Assembly: GCA_964513735.1 (NCBI GenBank)
Contig: CAZENU010000002.1
Coordinates: 24,173 to 88,172, forward strand
Origin: an uncultured Dehalococcoidia bacterium
Lineage (GTDB): Bacteria; Chloroflexota; Dehalococcoidia; Lucifugimonadales; CAZENU01
Reading direction: 5' to 3'
Length of the DNA stretch: 64,000 nt
The notes under the pieces were generated by a model that had not been told where the DNA came from, did not search any database, and worked only from the letters and a program-made list of their open reading frames with translations. The position numbers and the translations under genes were made by a program. Position 1 is the stretch's first letter, and each line of letters starts with the position of its first letter. Positions 57,300-64,000 of this stretch are shown one piece after another.

Positions 57300-57562
57300 C
57301 CCCGCGGTACCTGCCGCCGTTTTCCACCAGCCGATCTGGTCCCTACGCCACCTGGTTCTCGCCTGGCCTCCGCTGCTCTCGCCCATAGCCCCCGTATCGT
57401 CCCCGGTCTCGCGGCGAGGTGCGCCAAGCCCGATCCGGGTAGCGCTCGGCGTGGCTATGGTGCCAACACCACCATGAGTTCAGGGGGCAACTCTCTACGC
57501 ACCTGGGGGAAGTTAGGCAAAACTACCGAGCGTCGATACGAACGCGTGATGGGAGGCGCGAC

Positions 57563-58061
57563 ATGAGGCGCATACGTTATCTAGTAGCATTGACCGCCGT
57601 CGTCGGTCGCGTACGCGGGTTGGGGCTGGTGGCGGAACGCCGAGATCGAACTCGAGGGCCTCGAGCTCCGGACTGCGCGGACCATCGACGGAGGCGAGGA
57701 CCCGGACGCTGCCGACGACTATCATGCCAGGATTAAGGTCTCGCTGCCCGGCGGTGCCAGGGGCACTATAGACACCACGGCCGATCAGGAGACCGTCGTC
57801 ATCAATAAGTCCAAGGGGCTGCGGTGTGGCCCCAACGGTCTTCAGGCCAGAGTGCAGTACAAGGTGAGGTCCGTCGAGAAGATCGACCTACAGGCCCGGC
57901 ACCGTGTCCAGACCAGAGTGACCCTAGACGGCAAGCTCGTGAGTGAGAAGTCCGGCAGGCACAACGAGAGCATCAAGATCAGATTCAACGTGCCGGCCGA
58001 CCACCCCGCCTGCGCCGACCCGGAGAACGATTCGAAGAAGAAGTCGAAGAGACACAGGTAA
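57563..58061 (+). pseudogene. small signal-anchored/secreted protein with a frameshift after the hydrophobic N-terminus
   Basis: The ATG at 57563 has a GGGAGG Shine-Dalgarno 7 nt upstream and reads MRRIRYLVALTAVV..., then the frame decays. The +1 frame from about 57606 is open and protein-like (VAYAGWGWWRNAEIELEG...KIRFNVPADHPACADPENDSKKKSKRHR) to the stop at 58061. Confidence 0.5.
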
Positions 58062-58389
58062 GCGGAGTCCGCGAAGTAACGGCCGCTAGAGCCGCCGCCA
58101 GGTCTGGTGCCAGACGGACCGAGAGGAGACGACGACACAGGCAACGCCTCGCATTTAGCCGGCCCCGCAGGCTTGTTGAGCCCCGAGACCACGCCCACTC
58201 GCGCATCACGGGCGTTTGGACCTGGCGGTGCGGCGGGCGGGATTTAACAATGCGGTGATCAGGCCGTACGGTAGCTGACAGCAGGACTCAGGCAAGCATG
58301 AGGTCGAAGGTGCAACCACACCTCCGGCCTCGTTTCATTCAGGGCGAAATCCTCAAAAACCAGGAGTGGCGATCAAGAAGGAGGGGAGA

Positions 58390-58671
58390 ATGTCGTTGAG
58401 CCAGCACGACAAGCTTTGGCGAGCTCTGGGAGTCAGGCCTGCCGACTCGGCGCGCGATGGGTTGATATATGCCAAACTAACAGAGAGACAGGCGACGGTC
58501 CTGCGACGGCGATTCAGGCTACAGAACCGGCGCTCTATGGCCTTGAAGTAGACTGGGCTCCACATCGGCCGCTCAGCCGAGCGCGCCCGCCAGATCGAGG
58601 CAGAAGCACTGGGAGCCCTCCGCCGCGAGCTCCCAGCCTATCTGCCTAGTTCTGAATGGCGCTCTTTTTGA
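58390..58671 (+). pseudogene. stand-alone sigma-70 region-4-like HTH mini-protein interrupted by an in-frame TAG (58549-58551)
   Basis: A perfect AAGGAGG Shine-Dalgarno lies 6 nt before the ATG at 58390. The reading is ...LTERQATVLRRRFRLQNRRSMALK-TAG-TGLHIGRSAERARQIEAEALGALRREL. The TGA stop lies inside the rpmH -35 box. Confidence 0.55.
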
Positions 58672-58697
58672 CACTGATTTGCGGCGCTGGGTATAAT
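58668..58697 (+). promoter_or_regulatory. consensus sigma70-type promoter for rpmH (TTGACA-18-TATAAT)
   Basis: ttgaca at 58668-73 and tataat at 58692-97. The GTG start of rpmH is 20 nt downstream, preceded by GTGAGG. Confidence 0.6.
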
Positions 58698-58716
58698 CAA
58701 AGTCAGTGAGGTTGCC

Positions 58717-58854
58717 GTGCCGAAAAGAACATATCAACCGAAAAAGCGAAGGCGGCACCGGGTGCATGGGTTCCGCCTCAGGATGCGGACACGGAGCGGT
58801 CGCGCCGTCATCAAGCGCCGGATGTTCAAGGGGCGGCATCGGCTGACGGTCTAG
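58717..58854 (+). CDS. rpmH: 50S ribosomal protein L34
   Basis: Translated by hand; it is below the ORF-track cutoff. Sequence: (M)[44 protein letters not shown], 45 aa, GTG start, TAG stop. Confidence 0.9.
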   Translation: MPKRTYQPKKRRRHRVHGFRLRMRTRSGRAVIKRRMFKGRHRLTV

Positions 58855-58883
58855 CCCATCGGCTACTCCAAGGCGGGCGTCAG

Positions 58884-59243
58884 ATGGCCACAGTCCAGCG
58901 CCTTACGAGAACGGCCGACTTCGCCGCGGCGAGACGCGAAGGGCGCTCCTGGTCCGACAACGTCCTGGTTCTGATCGCGCGGCCCAACGGCCTGGGCGTG
59001 AGCCGGGCCGGCTACTCCGTCGGCAAACGCGTTGGTAACGCCGTCGTCCGCAACAGGGCCAAGAGGAGACTGCGCGAATCGGTGCGCGGCTCCCACATCG
59101 AGAAGGGTTGGGATCTGGTATTCATCGCCCGTAAGGATGCTTCCGACGCCGACTTCCACACCCTCGACCGCTCGGTGACAGCCTTGGTTGAGCGCGCCGG
59201 AGTCGTCGAGCGGCCACACACGACACCGATTAGCCGTGCGTAG
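58884..59243 (+). CDS. rnpA: ribonuclease P protein component
   Basis: 119 aa, basic, with the RNR motif region VVRNRAKRRLRE. It sits immediately after rpmH. Confidence 0.9.
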   Translation: MATVQRLTRTADFAAARREGRSWSDNVLVLIARPNGLGVSRAGYSVGKRVGNAVVRNRAKRRLRESVRGSHIEKGWDLVFIARKDASDADFHTLDRSVTALVERAGVVERPHTTPISRA

Positions 59244-59463
59244 ACTCGCCCTGGTCGCCATCCGTCTCTACCAGCGGGTCATCTCGCCCTACACGCCGGG
59301 CTCGTGCCGCCACACGCCCACGTGCTCCATGTACACCCACGAAGCCATCTCACGCTACGGCGTCGCAAGAGGGACCTGGCTCGGGGTCCGGCGGCTCTCC
59401 CGCTGTCGCCCTTTTGGCACCAGCGGATACGATCCTGTCCCGGAGTCACGCGATTCAATCTAG
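59236..59463 (+). CDS. yidD: membrane protein insertion efficiency factor YidD
   Basis: Motifs AIRLYQRVISP and CRHTPTCSMYTHEAISRYG are present. GTG at 59236 overlaps the rnpA end by 8 nt. The ORF maximum is 59188. Confidence 0.85.
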   Translation: MRRLALVAIRLYQRVISPYTPGSCRHTPTCSMYTHEAISRYGVARGTWLGVRRLSRCRPFGTSGYDPVPESRDSI

Positions 59464-59539
59464 CTGTCTTCGACAACGCGCCGAGGACGGGTGCGCGTCG
59501 CTGGAGACATGGAAGGTCCGGTTGGTGCATAATCTAGCA

Positions 59540-60712
59540 ATGCGATTTGGTTTCTGGCCCCTCCTGCTCATCGGCGTCGTCCTGACCGGCTGCACGCAGA
59601 TCCCGAGCCCCGAGGGCTGGTCGGGCGGTGTCATCGTCGAGGACGTCACCTACCGCGACGACGTTTACCGACAGGTGCTCTACATCGGCACCCAGGATGG
59701 CGACCTCAGGGCCCTGGTCGCCGAAGACCAAGACAATCCCACCGCCAATGGGGGCGAGCTGCTGTGGCGGTACACCCTGACGGGTGCCTTAGAGAGCGAC
59801 CTGGCTATCTACGGTACGCCCGTGGTCGCGAGGGAGACGATCTTCTTCGCTAGCTACCACGGCCACCTCTACTCGCTCAGCCTAGACGGGGAGGAGCTCT
59901 GGGATACGAGGGTCGGCGAGGCCGACCATATCGTTGGAGGCGTCGCCGTCGCGGACAACCTGGTGCTGGTGGGCTCGGACGACGGCCAGTTGTACGCCTA
60001 CGAGTACGACTTCGCGGCCAATGACAGCGACCTCCGGTGGAGATTCTCCACCGACGGCGAGGTCTGGTCGACGCCGGCCGTGCGGGACGGCATCGTATAC
60101 TTCGGCTCCCTCGACCACTACGTCTATGCCGTCGACCTGGCCAACGGCTCCCAGGTCTGGAGATTCAAGACCGGCGGCGGCGTCGTCGCGGGCCCGGTGA
60201 TTGCCGCAGGCAAGGTGCTTGTGGGATCGATCGACAGCACCTTCTATGCCATCGATGCCGCGGGCGGCTCGCTGGTCTGGAAGTTCGAGGGCGCCGAGCA
60301 GTGGTATTGGGGTAGCGCCGTGGTCGACGGCGACACGGTGTATGCTCCCTCGCTCGATGGCAATCTATACGCCCTGGATCTCGACGATGGCCTGCGGCGA
60401 TGGACGCTGGAGACCGAGGGACCGATCATCGGCTCACCCGCCGTGATCGGTAACAGGCTGGCGGTGCCGTCGAAAGACGGCGGTGTATATCTGGTGGCGC
60501 TGAACGACGGCGATTTCGAGGACCAGTGCAATCTTGGAGCCAAGCTCAGGGCGTCCCTCACCATCCACGGGGACACTATCTACCTGTCCGACGGCGACCA
60601 CACGGTCCGTGAGCTGGCCGTCAAGCCCAACGGCAACCTGGACTCGGGCTGGGCCCACTTCACCAACGCCGGCGATGCCGAGGCGGATATCGGAAACTGG
60701 AACTGCGGCTAG
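59540..60712 (+). CDS. PQQ-like beta-propeller repeat lipoprotein
   Basis: 390 aa from ATG 59540. It has a signal peptide plus lipobox (LLIGVVLTGC) and repeated G.lYa.d...G...W blades. Confidence 0.8.
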   Translation: MRFGFWPLLLIGVVLTGCTQIPSPEGWSGGVIVEDVTYRDDVYRQVLYIGTQDGDLRALVAEDQDNPTANGGELLWRYTLTGALESDLAIYGTPVVARETIFFASYHGHLYSLSLDGEELWDTRVGEADHIVGGVAVADNLVLVGSDDGQLYAYEYDFAANDSDLRWRFSTDGEVWSTPAVRDGIVYFGSLDHYVYAVDLANGSQVWRFKTGGGVVAGPVIAAGKVLVGSIDSTFYAIDAAGGSLVWKFEGAEQWYWGSAVVDGDTVYAPSLDGNLYALDLDDGLRRWTLETEGPIIGSPAVIGNRLAVPSKDGGVYLVALNDGDFEDQCNLGAKLRASLTIHGDTIYLSDGDHTVRELAVKPNGNLDSGWAHFTNAGDAEADIGNWNCG

Positions 60713-60744
60713 CCGTAGTTCCTGTACGACCCAGGGAGGCCGAG

Positions 60745-62076
60745 ATGATGTCTGGCAGTCTCAGCGACGAGGTCTCCCGGTACGTGGCTAGCACGCCCAG
60801 GTCGAAGGCGCTCCACGAGGAGGCGTCCGCGTACCTGCCTGGAGGCAACTCTCGCGGCACGGCGTACTTCGATCCCCACCCCTTCTTCGTCGATCACGGC
60901 GAGGGCCACTACATCTACGACGTCGACGGTAACCGCTACCTTGACTTCATGCTCAACGCTACCACCCTCATTCTGGGACACGCCCATCAGGACGTCATGC
61001 GGGCGGTTCAGGAGCAGGCCGCCAAGGGGGTGTCATTCAGTGTGCCGACCGAGGCGCAGGCGCGACTGGCCAGGCTGATCTGCGACCGTGTACCGTCCAT
61101 CGACTCGGTCCGGTTTGCCAACTCGGGCACCGAGGCCACGCTGAACGCCATCAGGGCCGCCCGCGCATTCACCGGCCGGCACAAGATCTCCAAGTTCGAG
61201 GGCGCCTATCATGGCACCCATGAGTATGTGTCGGTCAGCTTCAGCCCGCCCCTGGACGCCCTGGACCCAGATGGGCCGAGCTCGATTCCAGACTTCCCGG
61301 CCATGCCTCCCGGGGTGATGGAGGACGTGGTCGTGCTGCCCTACAACGACCTGGCGGAGAGCGAGCGCGTCATCCGCGCACACGGCGACGAGCTGGCGTG
61401 TGTGATCATGGAGCCCGTCGCCTCGGCCTTCGGCTACCTGCCGGGCCGCCTGGACTTCCTGAAGGGCGTCCGCGCGGTCACAGAGGAGCTGGGCATACTT
61501 CTGGTGTACGACGAGGTGCAGAGCCTCCGCGTCGCGCCGGGTGGGGCCCAGGAGCTGTTCGGCGTCGCCGCAGACGTGACCGCGATGGGTAAGATCGTGG
61601 GAGGCGGCATGCCGGTCGGCGTCTTCGGCGGCCGGGCGGACGTCATGGCCCAGTTCAACCCCACCGGCGGCGCCACGATCGCTCACGCAGGTACCTTCAA
61701 CGCCAACCCGATGACCATGGTCGCCGGCGAGGTGACCATGAGCGCGCTGACGCCGGATGTCTACCGGCGCATGAGCGACCTTGGCGACTCACTGCGACGG
61801 CGGCTGCAGGCGGTGTTCGACGAGCTCGACGTTGAGGCACAGGTCACGGGGGTGGCCTCGCTGTTCGGCGTCCACTTCACCTCCGAGGAGGTGACCGACT
61901 ACCGCTCGGTCCTGCGCGCCGACCAGGACGTCAAGAAGCGCCTATTCATCGCGATGCTCAACGAGGGCATCCTGGTGCAGGTCTCCTGCGGCGGCGCCCT
62001 GTCGACGCTGACCACCGAGGCCGAGGTCGACACTCTCATTGAGGCCTATCGCACCGCTATCCAGCGCGTCAGGTAG
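60745..62076 (+). CDS. class-III aminotransferase, glutamate-1-semialdehyde 2,1-aminomutase-like
   Basis: 443 aa with a GGGAGG Shine-Dalgarno. Motifs: YLPGGNSRG, NSGTEATLNAIRAARAFTG, and a PLP lysine region MGKIVGGGMPVG. Confidence 0.85.
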   Translation: MMSGSLSDEVSRYVASTPRSKALHEEASAYLPGGNSRGTAYFDPHPFFVDHGEGHYIYDVDGNRYLDFMLNATTLILGHAHQDVMRAVQEQAAKGVSFSVPTEAQARLARLICDRVPSIDSVRFANSGTEATLNAIRAARAFTGRHKISKFEGAYHGTHEYVSVSFSPPLDALDPDGPSSIPDFPAMPPGVMEDVVVLPYNDLAESERVIRAHGDELACVIMEPVASAFGYLPGRLDFLKGVRAVTEELGILLVYDEVQSLRVAPGGAQELFGVAADVTAMGKIVGGGMPVGVFGGRADVMAQFNPTGGATIAHAGTFNANPMTMVAGEVTMSALTPDVYRRMSDLGDSLRRRLQAVFDELDVEAQVTGVASLFGVHFTSEEVTDYRSVLRADQDVKKRLFIAMLNEGILVQVSCGGALSTLTTEAEVDTLIEAYRTAIQRVR

Positions 62077-62088
62077 GTCGCCGGCCAC

Positions 62089-63231
62089 TCAGATAAACGC
62101 CGGGCTATTGTCCTGGCGGTGAGGGTCGCCCCGCCGCCAGGGCGAGTATGAGTAGCGGTCCAGCGCCGCCTCGTTCACCTCAAGGCCCCAGCCGGGCCCG
62201 GCGGGGATGTCGAGATAGCCGCCCACCGGCACCCAGGGCTCTTTGACGAGCTCGCGCCATCTTCCCGTGTCGTGGGGCTTGTACTCCAGTACGAGGAAGT
62301 TCGTGGTCGCCGCGGCGAAATGCATGTTGACCGCGCCGGCCACCGGCCCCATGGGATTATGTGGCGCCACCATGACGTCGTGGCCCTCGGCGATGGCCGC
62401 GACCTTCCGCATCTCCATCAGTCCACCGCACACGCACACATCCGGTTGGATGATGTCGGCCGCCTGGGCCTGTAACAGGTCGTTAAACTCGAATTTTGCG
62501 TACAGGGCCTCCCCGGTGGCCAGGGGGACCGGCATTCGTCGTCGCAGGAGGGCCATCTCACGGATGTTCTCCGGTCTGATCGGCTCCTCGAAAAAGAAGG
62601 GAGCGAACGGCGCGACGGCTTGGGCCAGCTCCAGCGCCCGCGCCGGCTCGAACACCTTGGCGTGGGCGTCCAGGCCGATGTCAACCCCGTCCCCCACCGC
62701 TCGGCGCACGGCCTCAAGGAATCTGGGGCCCTCGCGGAGCACCTGGTTCCAGGGGCGCAGGTCCATGTCCGGTGGATACGGGCTCATTTTCAACGCGGTG
62801 TAGCCGTATGTCCCGATGAGGGCCAGGGCGTGGTCCACCGCCTCCACAGGAGTCGCACCGCCGCAGCTCTGGTACACCCGCACGCGGTCGCGGACCCGTC
62901 CTCCCAGCAGCTTGTAGACGGGTACGCCCAGCGCCCTGGCGGATATGTCCCATAGAGTGTGCTCGATGCCGCTGATCGACGCGAGACCGACGGAGCCCGG
63001 TGGGAACCGCAATCCCTGGTACATCAGCGCCCATAGGCGCTCGATATTCCGCGGGTCCTCGCCCACGAGCCAATCCTTGAGATACTCTATGGTGGCCGCC
63101 ACCGCCAGGTCTGGCCCCACGCTGAAGGACTCGCCCCAGCCGACGATCCCCTCGTCGGTCTCCGTCTTGACGAAGATGATGTTGCGGCCGCCACCGTCTA
63201 CGACAAAAGGCGATATGTCGGTGATCTTCAC
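62089..63231 (-). CDS. enolase-superfamily dehydratase (D-galactonate-dehydratase-like subgroup)
   Basis: 380 aa from GTG 63231 (VKITDISPFVV...). Pattern: IGLDAHAKV, FFEEP, IIQPDVCVCGG, APHNP. Confidence 0.85.
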   Translation of the reverse strand: MKITDISPFVVDGGGRNIIFVKTETDEGIVGWGESFSVGPDLAVAATIEYLKDWLVGEDPRNIERLWALMYQGLRFPPGSVGLASISGIEHTLWDISARALGVPVYKLLGGRVRDRVRVYQSCGGATPVEAVDHALALIGTYGYTALKMSPYPPDMDLRPWNQVLREGPRFLEAVRRAVGDGVDIGLDAHAKVFEPARALELAQAVAPFAPFFFEEPIRPENIREMALLRRRMPVPLATGEALYAKFEFNDLLQAQAADIIQPDVCVCGGLMEMRKVAAIAEGHDVMVAPHNPMGPVAGAVNMHFAAATTNFLVLEYKPHDTGRWRELVKEPWVPVGGYLDIPAGPGWGLEVNEAALDRYSYSPWRRGDPHRQDNSPAFI

Positions 63232-63351
63232 TTCTTCCCCGTCTCTGTGTCTATCCCGTCCCTCGGGCCCGGAGCCCCTAGTCCAGGGTCTCGACTCGCG
63301 GCAACCCCGATTCGGTATCGGTGCCTGCACACCTCATATCCCCGCAACCTG

Positions 63352-64000
63352 CTAGATGAATCCCGCGCTGCCGTCGGGGTGCTGGGGGAAACCACGGTCC
63401 CACGCGATGGGAGGACTTCCGGCGATGGTATCCAGGTCCAGCTCCATGCCCAGGCCGGGCTTGGTGGGCAATGGCATGTAGCCGTCCACCGGCTTCCAGG
63501 GGTCGTCGACGAAACGCGCCTTGGTCCTGGCGTGGTCTCCGTGATACTCCAGGATGACGAAGTTTGGGATGCTGGCCGCCAGGTGCACGCTAACGGCGGT
63601 GGACAGCAGGCCCAGCGGGTTGTGGGGCGCCACGGTGACGTAGTTGGCCTCTGCCACGGCGGCGATCTTTTTCGCTTCGAGGATGCCTCCGCATGAGCAG
63701 AGGTCCGGCTGAATTATGTCCACGCCCTGAGCGTCGATCAACGTTACGAACTGGGCCAGGCCGTACAGGTTCTCCCCGGTGGCAAGCGGCACCTGAAGCC
63801 TTTCGCGGAGTCGCGCGAACGATGGAAAGTGTTCGGGGCGCACCGGCTCCTCGACGAACATCGGCCTGTATGGGGCCAGCGCCGCTGTGAGCTGCTCGGC
63901 TCGCACCGGCTCCATGAGGGCGGCGTGGACGTCGACGCCGATGTCGATGTCCTCGCCCACCGCGGTTCTCAACGCCTCCAGTCGTCGTGCAGCCTCGCGC
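63352..64000 (-). CDS. enolase-superfamily dehydratase, tandem paralog (5' end beyond the window)
   Basis: The C-terminal 216 aa are collinear with the neighbour: IGVDVHAAL, FVEEP, IIQPDLCSCGG, APHNP. Confidence 0.8.
   Translation of the reverse strand, partial: REAARRLEALRTAVGEDIDIGVDVHAALMEPVRAEQLTAALAPYRPMFVEEPVRPEHFPSFARLRERLQVPLATGENLYGLAQFVTLIDAQGVDIIQPDLCSCGGILEAKKIAAVAEANYVTVAPHNPLGLLSTAVSVHLAASIPNFVILEYHGDHARTKARFVDDPWKPVDGYMPLPTKPGLGMELDLDTIAGSPPIAWDRGFPQHPDGSAGFI

Overview
High-GC bacterial chromosomal segment, about two-thirds G+C by eye. Hand counts of two ordinary coding lines gave 41/60 and 43/60. It is densely coding and carries replication-origin-associated housekeeping genes. 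The gene content, four enolase-superfamily paralogs and three families of short dispersed intergenic repeats suggest a Chloroflexota-like genome, but that is an unverified inference. Main blocks: (1) 1.1-13.8 kb, minus strand: an arginine operon (argJ-argB-UPF0182-argD-vapBC-argG ... argH-rpe). It is repeatedly interrupted by accessory cargo: a vapBC module, a frameshifted nucleotidyltransferase, a MaoC dehydratase, and a HepT/MntA module at the tail. (2) 14.1-19.3 kb: archease-rtcB, an enolase-family gene and an FAD oxidoreductase. (3) 19.3-25.9 kb: a 2-hydroxyacid dehydrogenase, an ABC-2 exporter preceded by an archaellin-like membrane protein, another enolase, and an FHA plus acidic-protein pair. 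(4) 26.3-36.5 kb: a catabolic-looking island. It holds thiolase+DUF35, an HpcH-type aldolase, orphan 2-oxoacid dehydrogenase E1 alpha/beta, a D-aminoacylase-like amidohydrolase, a DegT aminotransferase and an ALS-like ThDP enzyme. (5) 36.5-44.3 kb: an FHA gene with an in-frame TAG, a Zn-ribbon protein, orphan oppD/F-type ATPases, a histidine phosphatase, purM, a NadD-PyrE fusion and obg. (6) 44.3-56.2 kb: a DnaA-box cluster, dnaA, and a pyrimidine operon (PyrR attenuator leader, pyrR-pyrB-pyrC-carA ... carB). The carA-carB junction holds a decayed vapB(C), a HAD hydrolase and a low-GC orphan ORF. (7) 56.2-64 kb: NUDIX, GNAT, two decayed small genes, rpmH (absent from the ORF track)-rnpA-yidD, a PQQ-propeller lipoprotein, a class-III aminotransferase and a tandem enolase pair. 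No rRNA, tRNA, CRISPR array, transposase or integrase was recognised. I could not identify any single clearly novel multi-gene system with confidence. The best leads are the compositionally foreign orphan ORF coupled to carB, the NadD-PyrE fusion, the archaellin-like protein plus ABC-2 operon, the sigma region-4 mini-gene under the rpmH promoter, and the two FHA cassettes. All protein calls rest on motif and family recognition by eye; no database search was run.
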